A stretch of DNA of 64,000 nt from Trichoplax adhaerens (lineage: Eukaryota > Animalia > Placozoa): positions 1,178,001-1,242,000 of the forward strand of contig NW_002060954.1 of assembly GCF_000150275.1 (NCBI RefSeq), written 5' to 3'. The notes below the pieces were generated by a model that saw nothing but the letters and a program-made list of their open reading frames with translations, was not told the origin of the DNA and searched no databases. The number at the start of each line of letters is the position of its first letter. The first letter of the stretch is position 1. The position numbers and the translations under genes were made by a program. Below are positions 28,417 through 40,281 of the stretch, piece by piece.

Positions 28417-31400
28417 ATGAAGTGCCTATCATTGTCGATAACATTTATCTCATCTAGCTTGGTATTGTTAATGCTGCTGAATTTCAATACGGTAAGTCTA
28501 TTCGTTAACAAGCGTATTCCTCGTTGAACTTAAAGTTGATAGCACTCTATACCCATTCCATCAATATCGATGGTTGACCTAATTTTCGACACATTCTTCA
28601 ATTATGAAATTTTTAAAGCATAAATAACGAAAAATATCAGCGAATTAATTATAACTAAAGATTAGAAAAAATAGATGAAATAAGGGTAGGCTGTTGTCTA
28701 TCTCTCTATTTCTCGTATATTTTCAATGCAATTACGGACCATAATACAAACATATAACTTTATCCTTAGACAAGTTCAAATATTGCCAGTGTATTTTCTC
28801 TTAATTGCTGTGCAATCTCTTTAAGTATTTTTATCACTGTCTATTAAATTGTTTAGCATAAATTCGATTCTTTTTATTGAAGAGAATAATTCATCGATTT
28901 CTACGACCTCTAACAAGCCGGTGTTATGCTTTCACTTTTATAACCTCAATCGTTCATGTACCAGAATTATTTCTTGCGATACATATTAATATGATGAATC
29001 ATTTCTGATATCTTGCAATTACATTAACTGTTCATAATTTTACATCGAAGATAGATAGACGAAATACAATCGTTCTATTTAATTATACAAAACCTTATTC
29101 CATTTCAATCAAGACGTGAGAGTGTATTGTATTTTATTATTGATAGAACATTAATAATATTGTTCCTTTTCTCATTAGCGTTAGACTGTAAAGTCCAATT
29201 TACCAATTATCCATCGTAGTACAGATTTGACCTTATGTGGTAATCTTATTACCCTTTATGCATCGATAATAATGCGGAATAACTGCAATGATCATAATTG
29301 ATGTAAATTATTTAATAGCAGTATACAGTATTAGTGGAAATTTACAGATAAATTAGTACAGTATATTTGAAGCTGATGATATTTAAAGTAAATTATACGA
29401 GCAGATTTAGAGTTATTTTTCGTAATTGACGTCCAGATCGTTACTAGTAGTATACTACTAGTAACGATCTGGACATCAAAATAAAAGGCTATAGCCTTTT
29501 ATTTTGTTTTAAGAATACAACTGAAGTCTGCCGATGAAACGTCTTTATGTCTTTCTTCTAGGATAGAATAGATACTTTTATACTTTCATTTTGTTAAAAT
29601 GCGAATACTGTAGGGTATCTATAGGAAATATAGTGTACAATTTAAGTATTTGTATTCTCTCAAAGTTATATACCAATGTCTCTCTTTAGACATAGACGGA
29701 TAAATTATATCCGTTATGCTCTAGACAGTCTATTGACAGTTTAAACGTTATCAATTAATCCTCAACCTTTCTTTCTCCTTCGTCTAAGGTGCAAGATTTA
29801 TATTCAGTTCGCTTTTTGATTACTGAAATTAAATATATTATGTAGATTAAAATACAGATGACATTCTCATCCTTTTGATAGAAAGTTTACTTCTATATGT
29901 AAACTTTGCATAAAAGTTTGAATATTTAATATAATTGATATAATTTGATATGTATAAATATAATTTACTTATTGATGTCTTTCTATCAGAAAGAAAACCA
30001 ATTCTATCTTTTAAATATAATTATCAGTATTATAATTTTCATTAAGAATCCATATGGAAGTGGATCTTGCAACTCACACTCTTAACAAATATAAGTTGTC
30101 TAGAGTCTCCGATATTTCAGTTGGAATGCATCAATAGTTATTAGTGCTTCATTTTAGCCTTAAAACATTGTATGATAAAAATACCTAGCTCTGTTAATAT
30201 CATTTTTGAATTTTTATTACAATTTAAAACTTGTAGATAAAAAGCAAGCAAACAGTACAATATGTCAATAGAAGATATTTGACTATCAATCAACGCACAT
30301 AATGTCCCATTTAATTTCCACTATCGGCTAGAATGGGTTTTAATACCTTTACTCTGGATAAATTAAAAATAGGTCACATAAATTGTCAGCAACTCAAGTT
30401 TCTATCATAAACTCAAATGCTTTATAGTACTTTTCACTAAAAATTGATATTCATATTTCCATTTACTCTGTATTGTAGAAATTTTCTATCATCAGATAAA
30501 GAGAATAATTTTACATTTATTAAAAATGACCCTATAGATTATTATTAAAGTTTTCATTGTATCATTGCCAGAGGTGGATAAAATTCTAACTGTGAGACTA
30601 TACGTGTAAAATTTAAATATAATATTAACCAGTTGTATAGTATTTATTTTACGCTGAAGTATCGAAAAATATTGCGAATTCTTTATAGATAAGCACTCTT
30701 AGGGTAGATGCATCAGTGTAGCAAAATTTTGATTAAAGGAAGTTGAATTAGATGTTGTTATTTGTATATTTATTTCTTTTCGTTCTCATATAATTTTAGC
30801 CCGTAGAATCGGTAGGGACTTTCCAATTTAAATTAAATTCTATCACCAACCAGTTGGGATTAACAGCAGCTAAGAAATGCTGCCATGGTGATTTAATACA
30901 TGGCGGAACATGCTCTGAGCCATGTCAAACATTTTTTAAGATATGTTTACGCGATCAAGTAGATAGCAGCGATGGTATGTGTGGTTTTGGCAACGTAACA
31001 ACTCCGGTATTAGGTGAAAATTCATTTACTTTGCGCGCTGGAAAGTTAAAAGATAATTTTCATAATCCAATATCAATCCACTTTAATTTTACATGGCCGG
31101 TAAGTCCATAAATATGTTAGTTTATGTGTTAATTTTTATCTAAATTATCCGCTTATTACAATAGGTATTGATGATTTGTGATAGTCTAAATTCAATCACA
31201 AATTTTAATTTCTTTTCTTTTACAAAATTTCCTTCCTATCCACCCCCAAACAACATATCAACAACAAAAAATTAATACTCAACTCTAATCCTTTCAATAT
31301 ATAAACTAATTCATAAATATATATGTTTGTAAAAATACGTGTATGTGCGACTACAAACTATACGTATCAATAAGTATTTTGCATGCTTGAACCGCTACAT

Positions 31401-34400
31401 TCTGCATTCATAATCAAACGTATATTTCAGCTTATCTATTTGTCCTTCTACTTTGTTATTGTGGTTCTCTTCGATTCGGTGAAAGTTTTCATAATTTTGT
31501 TCCTTGGGGTAAATAGTCAAGATCACGTTTGTTTAAATTGGTTTTGCAGTGTAAATGTCTAGTACAGCACTGTACGTGATATTCGCCTACATTCATTTCA
31601 GCTACGATTTTAAAAATAATTAGGAATCTTACTCTAATATCTGTTTATGGCGGAGAGTATGAACTATCCTATCATTCACTATCCCGTCTTTTTTATTTAG
31701 GCTAATGTTAATTCCCTCCCACATTGTAGCCATTTAGAATAGAACCTACTTCATATGAGTATTTCCATTTATGATCCTTTTTTTATAAAGTTGTAAGTCT
31801 TAGTCTTATTCTGAGGCAGAATTGCATATTATAATAAGTTTCATATTCATATGAAACTCTAAGAATATGGTTTCCTATAACTCTTTCCTAAATATGCTCT
31901 TACTTATGACACAAAGTACTACAGCTGGTTTCAATCAATTTATTCTAGCTATGATATTATATATGACGAATAGACAAAAGCCGTCTTATTTTATTATTAG
32001 CTTAGTTTTTAATTAGTACCATGTCCTATACCGGCGAAAATGTTCGTATTCTCGAGTGAATCATTTATGAGTCTTTCATTATCATAGCCGCAATCATGTC
32101 TACAAACATTCCTTTTAATTGTTTGTTATTTTCATTAAGATGATCAATAGCAATATATCTAGACTATAACTTAAGGAAATCAAAATCGAATAGGAGAAAG
32201 ATCAGTTTAAAAAATTCGGAAGAAATACATCTGTTTTGGTTGTTCTTAAAATTGACCGTAACAAATCTATACGTACTTACAGTACTATTTATCATTCAAT
32301 AAATTAGTTCGAATTAGAATTACAAATACGTATTTAAGCAAAACATGAATTATTGTTTGATCGGAAATCAATTCTTTCTCCCTGATAATTTTGCAAAATA
32401 AGTTATCGTTGTTTTTCCTGCTACCAAAACAACACCTCTAACTATTCTTTGGTAGGTATTACCTATTATTTCGACTAATGATAAAAAGTAGACGTAATCG
32501 CTTTCAATACATCATAAATTGGCCAAAAATTGAATTATTTATTATTCTACATAAGAAAAAAATTATTATTTATATTAATAGTTAGGGTATTTTTTATTCT
32601 CGTGATGTTAAAATTATGTTTCTGTTCGCTAATTTAGCTGTTAAGACCGAGTAGATATTTTTTCGCTTCCAGTTATCCAACGTACTGTAATCTGTTCTTA
32701 TTACGAATGCTATTTTCGTGAGCTCAATTATTTGAATCCTCCTGCCAATTAGATGTTAATTCTGATAATTCAACTTACTGTGTAGTCAGAATTCCTTGCA
32801 TACTTCCAAGTTACAGAGGAAAATAATGTAACTCTACCCATTTAGCATACTTTCAATTTTGGGAGGAGAATGAAAAACTTTCACTCATATTTCATTTGAT
32901 TAAAGTAGATGCACAAAATTAACCGATCATGCTACAATTATTATTTTATATCATTATGGCCAGAAATCCTGTCATTTTCCCAACTTGACTTGATTAGGAG
33001 GTTTTGCGACAGCTGCACAATTTGTATTGTGTCCGTTTAGAATACGACTTTTAGATAAGTAAAAAAAGTATAGAGGAGATACAATCGCATATCATGTATT
33101 AAATCAATGAGTGATCTTAATTCTACCATATGGACGCTGATTTTTGTACAGCATAATAATTAGACTGCTTATATGAGTTTTGTACGGATTTTTGTACTTA
33201 TTCCATTAGAATACCAACATTCTTTTATCTTGTAAAATTAACTGATAGAGGCCATTGATTATTGGTTTGCATCATGAAAAATTTTAATACTAATTATTTT
33301 CAATTACAATAATATTGATGAAAAAATTTAATACGTTATTATTTATAGGGTGCATTTATCCTTGTTGTCGAAGCATTAAATAAGAAATCATCACTTAAAT
33401 CCGGTATGTCAAATCATCAATTTGGTGTTGTATGTTGTTGTTGATGTTATTTGTTAGCTTTCAAGTTCAATTCGAATACAATTGACGTCTATTATCACCT
33501 ATTGAATATTTTTATAATCGGTTGAAAACTTATTGTTCATCGTTATCGCTCAATTTAACTTCGGTCTTTTAATGACTTTATTTCTATATTTTACGTCAGA
33601 ACAATCCAGTTGACAATAGTCTAGAGATACCCAACTATTATTGTTTAATAGAATATAAGTTACGATTTGCTTTGATAAATATTAATGTTGATGTTTTATT
33701 GGCTTTCCTTATACTACGTTGGAGATGCATCACTTTCATGAATCACAATACTATATTGATGATGCTAAATATTCATTCATGATATGGATAATTTTAATTT
33801 AATTTAATAAGAGTAACACGTTGGTAGCGAAAGATCATTTACTTTAAATCCAGTTGAATTTAAAATTTCTAGCGAATGCCCATATATTTTCTTATAAATA
33901 GTTGAATGCATCTAATTTCCCTAGTATTACGGTCATGAACAAGTTCATTAATTCTATATTCGATCAAATTATGAATACAGTATAAATTATGTATACGAGT
34001 ATAGACAAACATCTAAGATTTTATTACAGATAATGTAAAATATTACTGCAATAAGTAATAACTTAGCCGTCACAAACTATTACATTAGTATCCTGAAAAT
34101 TTAAATATTTGTGATCGAAATTCATTTATATAGACAATTAGATTGACGGATATTTCTCTCACTGAATGTTTAGTACTTGATTCGGACAGGAAATATTGAT
34201 CAATTGTCGTTAACATTAATAATTCGGACAAAAGTATTTGTTTAATATTAAGAGTTGGTATTATTAATGGTAAATTCAATATACTTAGCAAATTGAATTT
34301 TCTCTACCAGCTACACACGATAATAATAATACTGCATACTTGATATTATTTTTTCGATTAATGATCATAATTATACTATTATACAATAGTCAACAGATGT

Positions 34401-37400
34401 CCATTGGGAAGGCTAGCATTTCAAATCAGACAATCGCTTAAGACAATATAATTATTATATTCTATTAGGTCACTCTTTAGTCCTCATCTACCGCGCTAAT
34501 TTCGTTTTTCCGTCCTTTTCCCTATATACTTTATTATAGCATTGACATCCGACTCTTAATTCACTGTATACGTATGCAAGGAATAAAATTAATTTAGTTT
34601 TTAGGCAATAGATTTCGCATAGTTTGAATTGTGTAGTGAAAATACTAGGACAGAATAGCATATTATTAATAAACATATTTATTTCTTAAATTTACTGCTA
34701 AATGCCTTGAAAAGTGATTAAACAAGAAATTATACGATCTTCTAATATCAATTTATAATCGCTTGCGATAAAAATGAAAAGAGACAAGTAATAATCATAA
34801 CTGAAATAGTAAAAATCGCCAGTGTGCTATTGGGAATATCTAGTATAATTAGCGAATTTTATATTACAAACAAACATTATAAACTTAGTAAGTAGTAAGT
34901 TTTCTATTTTGATGAATATGGTCCTCAAGTAACTGTCATACAAGTTTACGGCTTATATTCTCGATCAATGATGAACATATAGTGCTCATGATTATTTTTT
35001 TCTAAATTACAATAAGATTAATATGGGAATGTTCTCATCGCAAAATTTAGTCTCTTTAATTATGAAATATGTATTAGTTTGAATTATAAGCATGTGACAA
35101 AAAATGGCAGAGAAAATTACTATAAGCTAGCAAGTAAGGTAGTGAACGATATAAGCTAAAAGTTCGTGCAATTCAAGCAATATGTACAATCAAGAAAGGA
35201 TGCTAGATAATATTCATTAATATCCTTCAATTTGCTAGTGTATATCAACTACACGTTACGTTAATCGTTTAAGTTAGATTGATTGCCAATTACGGTCTAT
35301 TAAGTTGATTTAATTTTTGTTATTCGATTTAACCAATGTTTCTTTTAATTGGTTATTTTATCAAGTTGTATTCTTAGGAATGTTAACCTAGGAATACAAA
35401 GTACATACTCTGCGTTATCACCCTATCAAGTAGCATTTCTAGTGTTTAATAACCGATCATCTTTATTCGATCATAAATCGCAACTCAACTATTTTATTTG
35501 TATCGCCATTGAATAGTTTACATTTCTGTTTACCACCCACACCATGTGAATATTTTACTTGTAATCTTGAATATTTGATAAGAAATTAGCTAAAAATATG
35601 GTAAATATCCGTAAGATTAAGCACTTGCTAGCTGATATTTAGAATATTAGCGCAGTTACTCTGGAGTTCTCGATTGTAAGTAAAAATTTTGATTATCACC
35701 ATATATTATTTATCCTCTACCCTAATGACTACTTTTGCCATGGTTTTGATTTATTTTGAAGATAATATTGTTAATTAATGCATCATCATCGTCTTGATTT
35801 TAAAAAGTCTTATTTCTTTCCATTTAACGTCCTGAAGATTAATTAATCAAAACAAATTAGTGTTTGGATGCATCTAGTGACGCTTCCGCTGTCCTTCACA
35901 CCTGTTCAACTTTAATTTGAATAAAACTATTGTAAAAGATTATCAATTTGACGTGAATTACGCTATTGTTACAGAGAAAACAGCTGACATTGAATCAACA
36001 ATAGATTATAAAGAATTGCCAGCTGACGTTTTACGATAATTTTGATTTGCAATTTCCACGCCGCATCAAAGGCTATTTTAACTTTCAAACTAATGACAGT
36101 ATAGCTGTACTCCGATTAACACACAGTATACAACTGTACCTGCATCGTCGTATCATTTTTCTCATATACAATGACTTATCTTTCGAGTTTATAATTACCG
36201 TGATGATCTAATATACATCTTCGTAGCCTATGATAATTTTCATACATTCTCATTATTCGAATCAAATCTAACTATAGCTGGAATAATATCATGATATTTC
36301 TGTAGAATCATTTTGTAGTAGACAATTTAAAGTTAACACCAATTTACTTCTAGTGTATACTAAAGACAGGGTTAGGATATGCTTGATAAGTTTTTATAAT
36401 TTTTACATACAACTTCTTGACATTAATGCCAGCGCTATCGGATTCCTAATGGTTTTCAAAGGTGTTACTATGGTAACACCGGTCGGATAGAATAGATGAT
36501 GACACGTGATATAAAGTTTTCAAAACTAATTAATATCTCATAGTAAATCTAGAATCATTTAGTCTTTATTCAGTATCAACACTGGATGATTATCATGTTC
36601 GGGTAGATGCATCCGTAAATTCCAAAATAGACGGAGCTAAAATATTAGTATAAATTTAACCTGCGTATAGATCTTGAAACATTAGCAAAGTGATTATTAA
36701 ATTATAGTAATCACAAGTATAATATTAGAAGGATAATAAATCTACGATATTTAACTATCAATGCTAACTACTGAAATGAATCTGCATCTTACGTAATTAC
36801 CTTCGCAATCTGATCATAAAATGATAGTAGTATAATTTTATTCTGAACTACCATCATTGTAGATACCATTGACAAAGTTGAATATCGCGATGCAATCTAC
36901 AGCGGGGCAGGGTGGAATGAACGAGAAACAACCAATGGTCATGTTGAAATGGCTTTCGAATATCGATTGGTTTGTGATCGTCACTATTATGGACCTGGCT
37001 GCGATATTGCATGCACACCACGCAATGACCTGTTAGGCCATTATACATGTAATGATAAAGGACAGAAAGAATGTTTACCTGGTTGGAAAGGCAAATTTTG
37101 TGAAGAAAGTAAGGTTTACTATCTTGTAGCATTATCTAGGACAACTAATATGTAAACATTAATTTCAGTAAATCTTAAGTTAAGTTAAAAAATCTGACGT
37201 TTTATATTTTAAAGGCCATATTTAAGCCTATACGGCATAGTAATAAATTTGTATGCATTAAAATTATGATGAAAAGATGCATACAATATCGATATCGATA
37301 TTGACACGTTATCTTCTGTTTCTAGTTGAATGTCCAGAAGGTTGTATCGAAGGAGGACATGGAGCATGTATTGTACCCAATAAATGCAGGTAAAGGATTT

Positions 37401-40281
37401 AAAACACAAGTTTCTTGTAAGAGCAATACTAGATGTCCTAGTCCCATTATTTAGTCTACTAACTCCATATCTTTAAACAGAATAACGACCACCTATAGCA
37501 AGAGTAGTTTTTTTCTAATTATTGGATTGATGTAATAAAATTATAGTTGTGGTGCGGGATGGACTGGGCCGACATGCCAACAATGTATCCCAGATCCTAA
37601 CTGTGTTCATGGTTCTTGCCAAAAGCCGAACGATTGTGATTGTGATGCTGGTTGGGGAGGCGTTTACTGCGATAAAGGTAAGGGAATGATACACATAGAT
37701 AACAAATGTAATCAAAGCCATATGCTCAAATTTATGATAAATTTATGTAAATTTTTTATAGATAAAAATTTCTGTCAAAATCATTCACCATGCCATAATG
37801 GAGCAACATGTAGTAATACTTCACCAGGAAACTACTCTTGTATGTGTCCTCCGGGATTTACTGGACGAGACTGTGAAACAAGTAAGTCTACCTATTTGCA
37901 TAATTAAAAAATTGGTACTTAACTGTTAAATCTAATAATACGGCACTACTATCAATTATTATTTATGAAATGCGAAAGTAAGATTTGGTTTATTGCTTGT
38001 TACAGATATTAATGACTGTCTTTCCCATGAATGTACAAATAACGCTAAATGTGTGGTAAGACGACTAATGTAAATCGTTAAATTTTAAGCTTAACCCGTG
38101 AATTGAATTTGCCTTACATTGCTATCCGCTATAAATCGGTTATAAATGGTTATTGTACTGTATTTTATAAATATATAATTATTTCGATAGGATCTAGTTG
38201 ATGGGTATCGATGTGAATGTCCATCGGGTTTTGAAGGCATGTTATGCCAGATCAATATCGATGAATGCGTAAATAACACCTGTAAAAATGGTGCAAGCTG
38301 TATAGATGGCATTGGTGAATATTCATGCAAATGTCGAACAGGTTTTACTGGAGACTATTGCGAGACTGAAATAAACGAATGTAAATCAAATCCTTGCCGA
38401 AACGGTAAATGAAAATATCTCTACGTACAATTTTAGCAATCGAATTAGAGATTGGATTTTATTTCTGCTTCGAGTATAGTCGAGCTACGAACAGTTAACA
38501 TCACATATTTTACCGTATATTATCTCTTCTTAGGTGGTAACTGTACCGACTTATTAGGAGACTTTAAATGTGATTGCCAAACCGGATTGACTGGTAAACG
38601 CTGTGAAGTTAATATTAATGAATGTGCAAGCCATCCCTGTCAAAATGGTGCAAGCTGTCATGACGGTCTCAGCAGCTATTACTGTCAATGCCTCAGTGGC
38701 TTTACTGGCGACTTATGTCAGACTAATATTAATGATTGTACTGAAGAAATTAACTGCTTAAATGGAGGCCAGTGCGTGGACTTAATTAATGATTATGAAT
38801 GCAATTGTACCGATGATTACTATGGAAATATATGCGAATTACAACGTGTTAATGGATTATGTGCAACAGTTACATGCCACAATGGTGGTGTTTGCCGTGA
38901 ATTTAATTCAAATGGCTACAAATGCGAGTGTGCAACGGATTTTACTGGATCCAATTGCGAGACTAATATCGATCAATGTCAGTCGCAACCTTGTGCTAAT
39001 GGTGGTACATGCATTGATGCTATTGATGATTATGACTGTACATGTATGCCTGGCTTTAGCGGTAAGAACTGTAATTATTCTATTTATTCATCGGCGCCGC
39101 CAACAACTCAAATATCTACAATAGGTAAGGCTACTTATTTTTCATAATTTTAAACAGATTATAAATCTACGCAAAAACCTCAAACTGGTGGCTTTGCCTA
39201 TTTCTATAATTGACATATTTTAACACATGCTTAAATTGTAGAAACGGACTCAAAAGCAATTACTGAAACTATAACTACTACTATTGATGATTCACCAAGT
39301 TCTGGAGCAGCGACAAATGGTAAGAGATCCAAGGAATATCTTGATTTAATATTTGAAAAAATTAACTGGATAATAGTAGGAGATATGTATACCAATTTAA
39401 AAATTAATGCCACTTCTGGTTAATTGTACTAGAAGGCAATAGTTTGCTAATACCAATATTAGCATCTGCTGGTGGTGCTGCTTTACTGCTAATAGTCGTG
39501 GTAATCATTCTATTTAAATGTCGCCCGCATCGCAAAAGAACTTTAGAAAAAGTAGCTAAGCCAAAAGATGATAACCAAAATTTTGTCACCGAAAATTTTG
39601 TAAAAGTTATTTCGAATAATACTGGTGCCGCTGTGCAGCCCAATCAACTTGGACCGGAAAAAATCTATGCTAAGCAAAACTGTGATAAGCTCAATAACAG
39701 CAGTGCTAAATTAAAAAGGTAGCCGATATAATCCAGGGTTTTTCTCTCCATATTAAAGCAATAAAAAGATTTTTATATCATTGATATTAGATTGATGCTA
39801 AACGCTAGTTATTAATATAGCTATTATTATAAATTTAATAATTTTTTTTGTTTTTATCAATAGCAAAAGCGAAAGCTCAACAAGCATTGCTAGTAATAAT
39901 AAACTGGGGAAAGATAGCGATATAACAATCTATCGTAACCAAAGTGTAAGTAGTTGTGGTAGCAGCATGACCAAGAATATAGGTCCAGATGAAATCAGTT
40001 TACATGACGTAGAATTAGAAGAAAATAGAAAAGCTAAGAAAATATTGGAAGGTGACGATGACAGTTTGAAAAATTATCATCCCAAAACTGTTGATTGCGT
40101 AGTCGATTTTGATGGGATACAATGCACAACAACAATTTTGCCTAATGAAAATTATTCATCGCAACGTCCTGCAAGACAATGGTTTAGACAGCCTGATTTT
40201 GTTACGTTACCAACTTCTACTAATCGAGATGAAAATGGAACCTTTTCAGTTAATAAAGTAAAGAAAAATAAGAATCGATAG
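28417..40281 (+). CDS. Delta: Delta-like Notch ligand (DSL family), ~875 aa, 13 coding exons: 28417-28491, 30800-31099, 33349-33403, 36863-37108, 37326-37389, 37547-37677, 37762-37881, 38006-38055, 38191-38404, 38534-39124, 39242-39319, 39433-39718, 39864-40281
   Basis: All introns are GT-AG and phase-compatible (2628 nt, open frame). Signal peptide [21 protein letters not shown]; MNNL/C2 region (GTFQFKL...CC...CQTFFKICL...FNFTWP|GAFILVVEA); DSL domain ([47 protein letters not shown]); 10 EGF repeats; [25 protein letters not shown]. No VWC domain, so Delta rather than Jagged/Serrate. Confidence 0.93.
29431..29506. repeat. Two adjacent perfect palindromes (44 bp and 30 bp) in a Delta intron
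   Basis: GTCCAGATCGTTACTAGTAGTA|TACTACTAGTAACGATCTGGAC (29431-29474) and CAAAATAAAAGGCTA|TAGCCTTTTATTTTG (29477-29506), checked base by base. Confidence 0.95.
36461..36508. promoter_or_regulatory. Intronic RFX X-box with adjacent CACGTG
   Basis: GGTGTTAC-TATG-GTAACACC (8-bp perfect arms) containing GTTACTATGGTAAC; CACGTG at 36503-36508. Confidence 0.45.

Noticed and set aside
29427-29545. Hammerhead-like GACGTC ... CTGAAG ... GAAACGTC around the palindromes
   Set aside because: The core is CTGAAGT rather than CTGANGA, and neither stem I nor stem II can form.
36854-39643. Antisense and alternative-frame ORFs over Delta exons (e.g. 36854-37132, 38789-39124, 39404-39643)
   Set aside because: Shadows of the real Cys-rich coding exons.
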